From the NCBI RefSeq assembly GCF_018977255.1, contig NW_024705418.1, forward strand, positions 1 through 46,319: 46,319 nt of DNA, given 5' to 3'. The DNA comes from Callorhinchus milii. Taxonomy: Eukaryota. The notes under the pieces are model-generated. The model made no database searches and was not told the origin of the DNA. It saw only the letters and a program-made list of their open reading frames with translations. A program made the translations under genes and the position numbers. Below, piece after piece: positions 12,268-23,700 of the stretch (its first letter is position 1; each line of letters begins with the position of its first letter).

Positions 12268-12991
12268 TGCATCCTATTGTTATTGAGTTCCTATAGACAA
12301 CAGAGCGTTTACGTGATTATTCTGATTAAATTCAGACACGACCTTAAAAATCGTGCGTTTTCCATTGATTCTAATCGCTAAAGTATTTCATTGTTAAACT
12401 TTGCCTCAAACGATTATACGCTTCTACGTGAATAGAAATCCATGAAATACTAAACTGTCCATCCAACGAACTAGGACAAGATCCCACTTCACTGTCCGTA
12501 CAATCTCCCAGATCAGGGTGAGAGACAACGTAAAGCACCCTCAGCACTGTTAGCTTTCCGCAATTTCACCCGCGAAATTTGCAGCTGTTTATTGGGCGAA
12601 TGGGCTGTTGTCGGTGTGTGGCGGTTCTCGATTTGGGAGGTGACAAATGAATAAAATATCACATGTTGCATGTTGAAATCTCGGGTGAGTACGCATTTTA
12701 GTCGCTTTTACTCAACACTTTTAATGCAATTGTATTTTCAAAATAATAAATGATTGCCTATGATAATAATTTAACACCTTGCCCACGATCAGTCTCTTTG
12801 ACAGGTGCCAATTTAAATAGAGTTAATTAAGTTTGTTTGGAAAACACTCTAATTCCCGAGAGGGCATCAGGTTCCCCAGAATTCCGAAGCCCGTGTCCTT
12901 CCCACACAAGATACCAGAGCCTACCATCCTTGTTAGATTCCATTGAATCCCCAATCCACAGCTGATACAGCTCTGTATCCCCGTCTTATCT

Positions 12992-14708
12992 TTAAATCGT
13001 GCAGGAACTCAGCAGCTGAAGCATAAAACCTACTTCTTCAAATAGTCTCAGAGGGTTAAGAAAGCCTCTGGAGTTGTAAACCCCTTTAACGCTGTATATT
13101 ATGTAATGTGCCACTGATGTCACCCACAACAATATAAAACTGAGTGATATAGTGAACAGTAATATGATGGATTTCTTTCTGTTTTCCATTTGCGGATCAT
13201 TGCGATGATCAGCGCTGGTGCTGAAGACCCGCAATCTGGTGCGGACTCGACTGGCCACAAGAATGTGTCTGACAGTCAGAGCGTTGAGCAGCAAAATCAA
13301 TACGAATGGGAGCAAAGGGACCAAAATCTGTTCAAACCATTAAAATGCGGTCCACGAGGGTCGATAGCGAATGTTTGCTTTGGCGAAGCAGCCCCAGGGC
13401 ATGTTTGGCATTAGATAGTAAGGTTGGAACGTAAAATACAAGGGAACATTTTCCAAGCAGAGCAACACAATTAAATTTGCTATAACTACAGACGCTGTTA
13501 CCTCAGTGCAGTATTTTTGTTTCAGTTTCTGACAACAAACGGCCACAAAGCGATCAAAGGTGAAGGCCACGGTTAGCCACACAGCAGAGTCCACGGCGGC
13601 TGCAGAAATGACATGAATGAAGCTGCAGACAGGAGTGTAGAACAAATATGAAGTAAGAAAATAAATCTCACCAATCCGTTTCAGGATTACTTCAGAGACA
13701 ATGACTGACAGATCCGCGGCTGCCATGGCCATTAGATAACGGGTGATGCATTTGGACAGTCCGCACTTTCCTCGGAACAGGATCCCAATCGCCAGTAAAT
13801 TAACTGTAAGAAATAGAACATGTAATTTAATTAGAAACTGACCTGTCAATATAATACTGAGGCTTCTGCTAGTAAACACATCAGCGATAAAATAATAATA
13901 ATAATCATAATCCTTGAATTAGTTTTAGCGCTTTTCACGTCAGGAAGACGTCCCAAAGCGCTTCACAGAACACACTGTAAAGTGAATTGGCGGTATATTT
14001 GTGGGCGAACGCGGCAGCCAATTGCGCACAGCAATGTCCCACAAACAGTCGTAGATTGAAAATGATTTTTTTTTTATTGTTTTGGGTTTTTGGAGGGATT
14101 ATAATTAGGCGTGTGGAGTTACGAAACTTGCCCATGGTTTCGCCCTCTGCCTGGAATTGAACTCGGGTCTCTCGCTTGCAAAGCGATTGGGCTAACTACT
14201 GAGCTACAGGACTCCACAAGAATAAAATAATAAAGCGAAACTAAGCAGTGTTAGTGTGTTATAATGGGGAGATGATTATAACAGAATGAAGCCTTTAAAA
14301 AAGAGTACATCAGGCTTTTTCAGAGCCAAGTGTGTACTCCGTATATTACTGTGCAGAAAAGGAGAGACCTTCAAGGAGTGCGATAGGTTAATCAAGCGGG
14401 AAGATCCAATGGCAAGGAGAGGCATTTGAGCAGCAATACATATTGATATATGTAGGGAGAACAACTTGGCTGACTATGGGCAGAGCTCCAGAGTGTTGGG
14501 TAAGTGGAGAAAGGAAACTTGCCCAACGTATATCCTTGCTGTGGTACGAACAAAATTCTGTCGGTTGCTCGGAGCGTGCTCTACACCCCGAGCTATAGCA
14601 ATCTATTACTGATTTCAAGCAATGATTCAACTCACCAGGAATTCCAACTGCTGCAAGCACAGGATAATAAATGGCTTGTATATTCAAAAGTTCAGATCTT
14701 CGTGGCAT
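12992..14708 (-). pseudogene. GPR139-like GPCR paralogue, disabled: exon 1 14708..14636, exon 2 13803..~12992
   Basis: Exon 1 encodes MPRRSELLNIQAIYYPVLAAVGIP and ends G|gtgag. Acceptor ttcttacag|TTAAT gives VNLLAI. An in-frame TAA at 13342-13340 interrupts the reading frame (WTAF*WFEQIL vs WRVFAWFNRVF in gene 1). Homology ends at LLSSCTI* before the NxxxY motif and helix 8. Confidence 0.85.
13888..14215 (-). mobile_element. Full-length tRNA-headed SINE with L2-type tail, in the intron of the GPCR pseudogene
   Basis: Head GGAGTCCTGTAGCTCAGTAGTTAG...GAGTTCAATTCC has A and B boxes. Body tgtgggacattgctgtgcgcaattggctgccgcg, tail gaagcgctttgggacgtc...gaaaagcgcta, and an (ATT)n end. Confidence 0.9.
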
Positions 14709-14780
14709 CTTTCACAGAAGCGATATATTTTGCAAAGATAGAGCATCCGCTTCTGTAATATTGAGTTAATGCTGTCACAT

Positions 14781-14787
14781 ATTTATA
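14781..14787 (-). promoter_or_regulatory. Candidate TATA box of the GPCR pseudogene
   Basis: TATAAAT on the minus strand about 75 nt upstream of ATG 14708. Confidence 0.4.
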
Positions 14788-15074
14788 GCATTTAGCAAAC
14801 TCCATAGAGATTGCGAGATGATTTTATCATCGCATTAGTAATAGATGGTGGAACAAACAAGTTCAGTCACGTCAGCAATGTTTCAGGTATCATTGTCCAA
14901 AATATGTATCATTGTGTTACTCAAAGTACATTATACAGGAAAACCTATTTCATAAGGAAAGTTAGTTTCAATAAATTACATTAGCAAATGCCTTTATTTG
15001 TGCTCTCACATTCTATTATTCTTGTGCGTGTGATTGATATTGCAGTGTATGTGAGGTTTCGCCGCTGGAAAATC

Positions 15075-16190
15075 ACTGATTTGGACCTGAGCTGGGGTTC
15101 GGGATCGAGAAGGGTGAAGGGCGGGGACTGTAAGAGAGTGGATGAACTCCCGTTCTAAGAGGAGGGTTTTGAGATGCCCCTTGAAAAAGGCAAGAAGGGA
15201 GCGAGGCGATAATAATATAGGATGGAGTTCCGCAGGGTGGGGTCAGGAAGGCTGAAAGACCGTCGGACAATGTTGGGGCGGGTTGGGCGGGGGGACGTGG
15301 ATCACGCCAGAGTTCTCTGAGCAGAGGGAGCGAACAGGTTGCTATGGGCTCAGGAGGTCAGAGCCAAGGATAGGAAAGATCGTGGAGTTACTTGAGATCT
15401 ATGCCCAATTCATTGACGTTTGTGTTTCCAATCTCCTGAGTTTAATGGAGAGACATTCTGCAGCCCATTTCTAATGTTTAGGATCAGTGAGGTGTATCTG
15501 TGTTAAATAGAGGAGCCTGCCATACGGAGAGAGGGGTTTTGGCCAATACTGACCCGCTGATGGTGGGTCAGTGAATTTCGTGTCTGACACATATATTTGC
15601 CAAAACGCCACAGAAGAATCGGTAGGTTATGCACTGTGTTTCTGTCGTTATTCGTAAATTTCGTGGATATTAACAACAATAGCTTCTATTTACACAGCAA
15701 CAATCACACATAGCATTGATCGTGGCGGAGCTCAACTCCGATCTTGTGGGGAGTGGAAAGTGATATTAGGCACTGTTGAATAATAAGGTCTTCAGGCGCG
15801 ACGTGAAAATAGGGAGTGTGGATAAGGGGTGTTTCAGAGATTTTGGGCATTAGTGTCTGCCTCGTGGGAAGCGCGTTGACCAATGTTGAAATAGGGGACA
15901 TGCAGAAAGCCGGAGCCAGTTGAGAGAGACAGTGGTTTGCGGGTAGGGGTGGGGGATACGGAGGGCGGCGAGATCGGGAGGAGTCAACATATGATAGGGT
16001 TTCAAAACGAGTGCCGGGATTTTGAAATCAGTCCCTATTTGATGGCGGGCCAGTGGAGCTTGGCTTTATCTGTTGTGATGGGGTTGCGGAGTTCAGTAAA
16101 TTTGAGTATGCAGTTGGCGTAGTTTGGGATCAGTTGGATCCCGTGCTTGGTGGCGTTGAGGAATTTGGCAAACTGCTGGCAGAACGTCAC
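15075..16190 (-). mobile_element. Highly degenerate LINE L2 3' fragments
   Basis: Minus strand shows remnants resembling L2 ORF2 C-terminal motifs (ETPLIH..IFTSRL; PTLRNSI). Interrupted at about 15400-15700. Boundaries are approximate. Confidence 0.55.
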
Positions 16191-17469
16191 AGCTGAAATA
16201 TCAATCCTCTATCACACCATAGATAGACCGGGTAGCACAGTTATATTAAAAACCCTTGAGGCATTCGAATCCGACTGAGCGTATCCTCCATTGTGATACT
16301 GTAGTATTTAAATTAGACGCGAATTACCGTGTGAGTCTTGATAGCTGTTAATCTCATTATGTCCGATCGCTATAAATCAAGTGAATATGATGTACTCACT
16401 TCATTAGATGAGAGCAAATATCGTCATGATTATTATGTTTTGCTATGTGATCATGTTGTGCTTAGCACTAGTGTGAGTTGTATGTTATAGAAGAATCATT
16501 CAAAACTTAGTGTGTATTCCGTGCCCCCTATGGGATTTTTACTCCACCAATAGCGGTTTTATTTCTTTTGACAGAACGATACTTACTCAAAATACTGTAG
16601 TATCTAATAAATAAGCAAACCGCGCCGGTTGGGAGATACTCACAGATGGCCGTCTCGATTTATATTTTCGTCAGTAAATTCCAGATCAACTCCAGTGAGA
16701 CAGTGAGACTCAAGGAAGAAGTGTAATTTTAGTCAGATCATTACAGGAAGTTAAACACTGCAACGCACAACGCTAAAGGCAGTAATGTGGTATTTCAGAT
16801 TTTTATTTTTAATTTGAAGAGAGTCAGTCAGTGAATGAATATAATCATCTGATGCACAACAATCATCAAGAGAAAGGAGGACTCGATGAATTGTTTATTC
16901 TGCCTTTCCGCTCTCCACCATAAGATGGTGATCACCGGACCGAGACAATGAGCAATACATTTCGTGAAAATGAATTCAGTGTGCAACAGGTTATTGACAT
17001 AAAGCTTAAAGGGAATGAGAATGTATTTTTGAGGTATAAGAAACTACTGAGGGACAGCTGCGATTCGTTATACTAAGTGAAGGAATCTAACTACATGCAG
17101 ATTATTTGCTGTTTTGTTGAAAAAGTAAGAAATTATTAAGTGGATTTCCGTGGAGCTGGCATACCGATGTCAGCCTCTGGGCGGCGATGTTGTAAAGTGA
17201 ACACATGGAGGAGTTACAGTGCAACGCCACTACCTGCTGGGCATGTGCCTGTAACTGCAGGCCTCACAGCCATTCCTATCTGCCTGGACTTGGGGGCATT
17301 TTAAATTCCCGACACTCAGTGCGTAATTATTGTCAGATTTGGGGAACCAGGAAACTGGAAATATGTGGCCGTTTAGGGGTTCAACTGGGAAGTGTTTGCT
17401 TCGTGAAGAGAGCTACAAAACTGTAATTTGTTGTTGTATATTTTTGTTGCCAATACTCACCTTCTTTCC

Positions 17470-18710
17470 ACAGACCATTCTCACCCACAGCAGTCCCTCC
17501 CCATCCTCACCTACACCGAGCTGCGCTCCACCTTCGCTCACACACAGCTCCAACCCATCCTCTCCCACATCCAATCCCACCCCATCATCACCCACACACA
17601 ATCCCACCACATCCTCTCCCACATCCATCTCCACCTCATCTTTACTCATACCCAGCACCACCCCATTTTCACTCACATCCAGCTCCACCCCATCTTCACT
17701 CACACCCATCTCCACCCCAACTTAGCTCACACACAGCACGCCCCCATCTTAACTGACACCCTGCTCAAACCCTTCTTCACTCACACCCATCTCCACACCA
17801 TCTTCACTGACACCCAGCTCCACCCCGTCATCACAAACACCCAGCTCCACCCCATCTTAACGCACACCCAGCACGACCCCATCTTCACTCACACCCATCT
17901 CCACCCCATCTTAGCTCACACAAAGCACGACCCCATCTTCACTCACACCCAGCTCCACCCCATTTTCACCCACACAGAGCACCCCCCCCCATCTTCACTC
18001 ACACACAGCTCCAGCCCATCTTCACTCACGCTCAGCTCCACCCCATCATTACTCACACCCATCTCCACCCCAGCTTTACTCACACCCATCTCCACCCCAT
18101 CTTCACCCACACCCAGTCCCATCACATCCTCTCCCACATCCATCTCCACCTCATCTTTACTCATACCCAGCACCACCCCATTTTCACTCACATCCAGCTC
18201 CACCCCATCTTCACTCACACCCATCTCCATCCCATCTTAGCTCACACACAGCACGACCCCATCTTCACTGACACCCTGCTCAAACCCTTCTTCACTCACA
18301 CCCATCTCCACCCCATATTCACTCACACCCAGCTCCACCGCATCTTCACCCACACACAGTTCCACCCCATCTTCACTCACACCCAGCTCCAGCCCATCTT
18401 CACCCACACAGAGCACCACCACATCTTCACTCACACCCAGCTCCACCCCATCTTCACCCACACAGAGCACCACCCCATCTTCATTCACACCCAGCTCCAC
18501 CGCATCTTCACCCACACACAGCTCCACCCCATCTTCACTCACACCCAGCTTCAGCCCATTTTCACTCGCACCAGCCACGCCCAATCCTCACCCACACCAA
18601 GCCTCACCCCATTCTCGCCCAAATACAGCCCCTTCCATTCTCATGCACACATAGCCCTTACCCTGTCAACACACCCAGCCCCTCCCCCACCTCAACCACA
18701 CACACCTCCT
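17470..18710. repeat. 27-bp minisatellite (CACACCCAGCTCCACCCCATCTTCACT)n
   Basis: Directly visible tandem unit that translates as HTQLHPIFT repeats. The block ~17590-17790 recurs at ~18125-18310. Confidence 0.92.
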
Positions 18711-19094
18711 CCCCGTCATAGTGACCAGCACTAATACCATCATGACCAGCTCATCAATAAAACCATGTTGACGGCGCATTCTCACACTGATTGCTGTTTT
18801 CATTCTGGGTTTCCTATTCATGACCTTGCGCTCAAGTAAGAATTGATACACACTTCTTTTTAAGGAGTAAAATTTAATAAAAGATTGCCAAGCTGACGCA
18901 AAATGTAACTGATACATTTCAGCGAATCAAATTAATGCTGAATATGGAATATTATATTTAATTGCAATGAGTTGATTGGGTCAATACATTTGCGTTAATA
19001 TAAGAAACGCTCACGTTACGGTTCCCATCAGCTGATTATGATTAAACAACACAGACGGTACATCAACAAGTAACAGAGCTGCCGATGTGCACAC

Positions 19095-20170
19095 ACTGTC
19101 TGTACTTTCACACATTTCTCTCTTCTCCCTCACTCTGTGTCCTCTCATACTCTTTTCCCTTATTTCTCCCTATTTATGTTCCTGTCTCTCAATACCTCGC
19201 CTCCCACGTGCATCGCCCCAACCCCCCACCCGCACACACTCTCTCTGCCATCTCTCACTCTCTCTGCTCTCTTCCTACTTGTTTGTTTCCCCTACTCTAT
19301 CCCTCTCTCTGCCTGTCTCCATCATAATCGCTCTCTCAATCATTCGCTCACCTTCAGCCTCTGAATCTCTCTCTCCTACCCCAGTCTCCTTCCTTCCGTG
19401 TCACCCCTGTTTCTCTCTCTCTGTGACACTCTCTCTCACTCAATTACTCTCTCCTTCTCTCATACTTCAAACGCCCTCTTAGTTCTGAATCGCACATTAA
19501 CCTTCTCCTCGCAAAAGCATTCTTTTCCAGTTGCTCTCAGTTGATCTCTCTCACTCCCACTCTTACCCTCCCGCACTCTTTCTGGCCCCTCTCACACTCT
19601 CTCGGCATCACTTTATCTCTGCTCGCCCCCTTTCTCCCGATCCCCCCTTACATTCTCTCTCCATCAATCACTCTTTCTCAAACACGCTCACTGTTGTGCC
19701 ATCCAGTAGAATAAGCACTAATATTTCTGATACAAACTTTCACTCACACCCCTCGTCCTTTGTCTCTCCATCTCTCTCACAACCTGCCTTCCTCTCTTTT
19801 ACTCTCTCTCCCTCTACCACACAGACTCTCACTCTCGTTATCTTTCTTTTAGTCTCTGATTCTCGCGGTGTCCCTCACTGAGTACTTTTCTCTCTCTCTC
19901 TGACACACACACACACACACACACACACTCTCTCTCTCTTTCACACAATCTTTCTCGCAGGCAGTCCCGATGTCTCACTCTATCTCCTTCTCTCACTCAG
20001 TTTCCCACTCAGTCTCATTCAATCACTCTCTCACACACATTATCACTCAGTTCCTCTCCGTTTCAATACATCTCAATCTCTCGCTCCGTCTCTCACCCTC
20101 AGTCTCATTATATCTTTCTCAGTCTCTCTCTCTAACTCATTCACACTCACTCACTCATTCTGTCTGAGTC
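19095..20170. repeat. Degenerate CT/CA-rich low-complexity tract
   Basis: Pyrimidine-rich tract with (CT)n and (CA)n runs. Confidence 0.8.
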
Positions 20171-20300
20171 TGTAACTCAATCTCCACCCATGTCAGGGAG
20201 ACAAGTGCAGTGAGTGACCCGTTGTCGTCAAACTGAAGCTGGTATTGAATATAGTTGCTGATGAGGAGCTGGAGCGAGGAGATGGCCACCGGCCTCCGTG

Positions 20301-20405
20301 CTACACTCTGACTGTGGCGTAGATTGGACCATCATTCTCACTGTTTTCATGGCCATTCTCAATCCTGTTTCCCAACATCAGATTGGCGTAGATGATGTCA
20401 GCATT
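20301..20405 (-). CDS. SRCR receptor exon 10 (terminal, NADIIYANLMLGNRIENGHENSENDGPIYATVRV*)
   Basis: tgcactgtttgcag|AATGCTGAC..., phase 0. Encodes two tyrosine motifs followed by TAG at 20303-20301. Confidence 0.85.
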   Translation of the reverse strand, partial: NADIIYANLMLGNRIENGHENSENDGPIYATVRV

Positions 20406-20718
20406 CTGCAAACAGTGCAACACTCAACATATCTGCAGAAGGTCATTGGGAGAAAACCCTCCCCAACCACCCACCCCTCCCTGGAGACACCGACTCATAT
20501 CTCCAGTGTGTGAGTGCGTTTGTTTCCCCTTCCCCACACCAGGAGTACTACACATGTTAAATTGCCTGCAAGTGGAATAAAGTATATTGATAAATCCCCC
20601 CGTAGATAAACCGGAGCCAAGAATAGGGACAATAGTCTTGCTTTTAAGGGTCTCCTCTGAGGTGAACGACGTTGTTTGAACGTAAAAGTAAATGCAGATG
20701 CACACAGACATGGAGACA

Positions 20719-20750
<32 letters not shown>

Positions 20751-23700
20751 TACAAACAATGACACACACACAGACACTGCCACAGACAAACTGAGAGAAA
20801 GACACAGACACGTAGACAGATACACAAGCACATGGTTTTGAAGCTTTTCACGTTGAGAGAACGGCTGAAAGTGATTAACAAGGTGCATTACAATTTGTGG
20901 AAAGTTTATAACCATAACCAAAAGGAGCAGCTGAAATCAGCGAAAAAATGTTGACGACCAGTGGAAGGGGAAATTCTCCCTTGTCTTTCTCAATAGCCAA
21001 ATTCCAGACTTTGAGGATAAAACCATGAATTTATAACTCAAGCGAGAGTGCTGCCGGCTGAGACAGCGTGACCGAGAGACTGAGCTGGGTCGTGCCAGGC
21101 TGACACGGCTGAGCTGGGTTAGACACAGTGATGAGCTGGGCTGAGCCAGGTCTATCCTGGTCTGACACACGGCCAAAGCTGGTCTGCTGACACAGGGCGT
21201 GAGCTGGGCTGTACAGAAAATGAGCTGACACAGGGCTTAGCTGGGCTTACACAGGGTTGAGGTGGGCTGAAACAGAGCCTGAGGTAGGCTGACACCTGGT
21301 TCAGCTGAACCGGTACAGGGCCTGAGCAAGGCTGACACAGTGTTAAGCTGCCCTGACAATGGCCAGTGATGCATTCACGACTCACCATTGGAGGCACCGA
21401 CCGGGGAACCTTTCTCACCGCAGCATCTGAAACAAAAGGAAACTGTATTTAACACCAGCACAATTCATTAACCGCACTATAGTTGAACAGTATTATTAAG
21501 GATATCAAATGTTGCAGTAAATAATTATTGACGATAATGCTGATAGTAAATATTAGATCACAGTTAATATTTTGGTAACAATGGCATTTGAAAAAAACTA
21601 ACTTATCACGACATCGTGAAGTCCCAAAGAGCTTCACAGGATTGACGGTGTAATGGAGTTACTGATACTATGTCAATTAAAACTGGAAGACATTCATGCC
21701 AGCAGCCTCACAAACACACGTAGGTGAACGGTTTTGTTCTCAGAATTGTTGGGCAGATGGAGATCGTTGGCCGATTGAGAGAGGTTCTGTTCTTGAATAG
21801 CTCAGTGGGATCTTTAATATCCTCCTAAAGAGGCCGAAGATTCCTCCGTTTATCTTAAAATCTGAAGGACGAAACTTGAAGTGGCTCAAATTGAGAGAAG
21901 CGATTGACAGTCTGAGACACAGAAAAAAACATACAGACACACAAACACGCAACAGTCACACAGACTGGCACGCAGAGAGACCAAGAGATAAGGAGAGTGG
22001 CAGACACACAGATAGACACACTCAAGAGACACAGACTGACTAAGGGAGAAGGTGAGTGGAGACAAACAGACACACAAAGCAAACGGTAACGGGAGAGTGA
22101 AAGAGAGAGAGTGAGAGAGAGAGACATAGAGAGAGAGAGAGAGAGCAAGGATATGTGTAAGTATTATTAAGGACTTAAAAGATTGCAATTAATAATCTTT
22201 AATGATCATGCAAGCACTGGTGTCAGCAGCTCCAAAATCAGATGTACACAGGGCGTGAACAACAGTTTTCTGGAGGATTGTTGGACAGAGAGAGATTGTT
22301 GGCCATGAGGGACAGATTCTCTCTTTGAATTGGGCCGCGGGTTCTTTAATGTCCACCTAAGAGGGTAGAAGGGACGTCGGTATATCGTCTCTTCTGAAAG
22401 AAAAAATCTTGATGTGGCTCAACTTGAGACAAGCGATTGACAGTCAGACACACAGACAATCATGCGGCAGACACACAGACAGAAACGCAGACAGACCAAG
22501 AGAGAAGGAGAGGGGCAGACATACAGATTGACGCACATTAAGACACCCACAGAGATGAAGGAAGAAAAATCGACTTGACAAGGGGAGAGACAGATCCAGA
22601 TAAAGAGGGCAAGGAATCAATAGCCTCTGGTTTGGGGGAGGCTCATGAGCAGGATTGGTTTGGGTGGGGCTCGGGCTATCGGCTGACCTGACGAGTTTGT
22701 GATCAGCTCTTTTCACTCAGGACTCAAACCTAGGAAACTTCTCACTCACAGGTGACGTTGCTCGGTTCAGGGCCGCCTCCCGTGGGTACGTTCCTGCGAA
22801 AAAAAACAGAGAGTTGAGAACGACGTACTCTCTGCTCTTTCACTGAGGAGGATTGCGGTGCCCAGTCCTAGGCTTGTAACAGGGCTAACGACCAGAAACT
22901 GATCTGTGGTGAAGCGAGGAGGTGCGGGACGATTTGGGTTAGCAGCCAGTTGTCTGAGGCTTGTATAGAAACCCATCAACATGGTGACGAGTATGCATAC
23001 CATACGATGAATTCCAGTCATGCCTCCAATAGAAGGCAATTCCTGTTTTTCTAATTAATATGCATTATATCTGCCAACCTAAGCCCCATGTAGTTTAGAC
23101 GCAATCTGGCAAGAATCAGGATTTAGCGACCTCAAATTATGAATTGGGATCCCACCAGCTAAACCCACACGGCTTGCTGTAGGAAGCTCCGTCTTGCAAT
23201 TTTCCTCTGCTTTTCGAGTTAGGAAATCTCTACCCATTAAGGATTTGTCCTGCAGTGTAGCAGGAGCTGCGTAGGAGGATTCCTTACCCCCAATATCTTT
23301 TCTGCCCTCCAAGTGTTGCCAATGAGTGTGGGAGTGTACACATGTACAGACAGTTTGGAGAGAGAGCAAGGAATGGGATTAAATTGGAGATTTCCAGTGG
23401 GGTGCAAGCACCACAACTGACACGATGGAGTGAAAGCAGGAATGGGAGTAGTATAGTGAGCACCAGTGGGGGTGGAAGCACCAGTGCAAGCAGGATGGGG
23501 AAATAGAATGACATAGCGGAGAAATGTTCTCACCTTTCCCCACTTGAACTGTGCTGTTTACCTGTAATTGCAAAGGGTAACGCATGTCAAATATTGATCA
23601 GTACGGGTTGTGTATTTTTGTGGTAATATGAACAATAATCCTCCCTTTCATAGATTATTACCGTTTCAGTACAAAGGGCAGTCCCTACCCAAACACTTTC

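Noticed and set aside
14143..14215. tRNA-Ala(TGC)-like sequence
   Set aside because: It is the head of a SINE, continuous with the SINE body and tail, and has no proper acceptor stem.
20424..20921. 165-aa minus-strand ORF with hydrophobic stretches as a possible TM exon of the SRCR gene
   Set aside because: Partly microsatellite and lacks a convincing donor. A much better TM exon exists at 24601-24699, and exon 9 joins exon 10 in frame without it.
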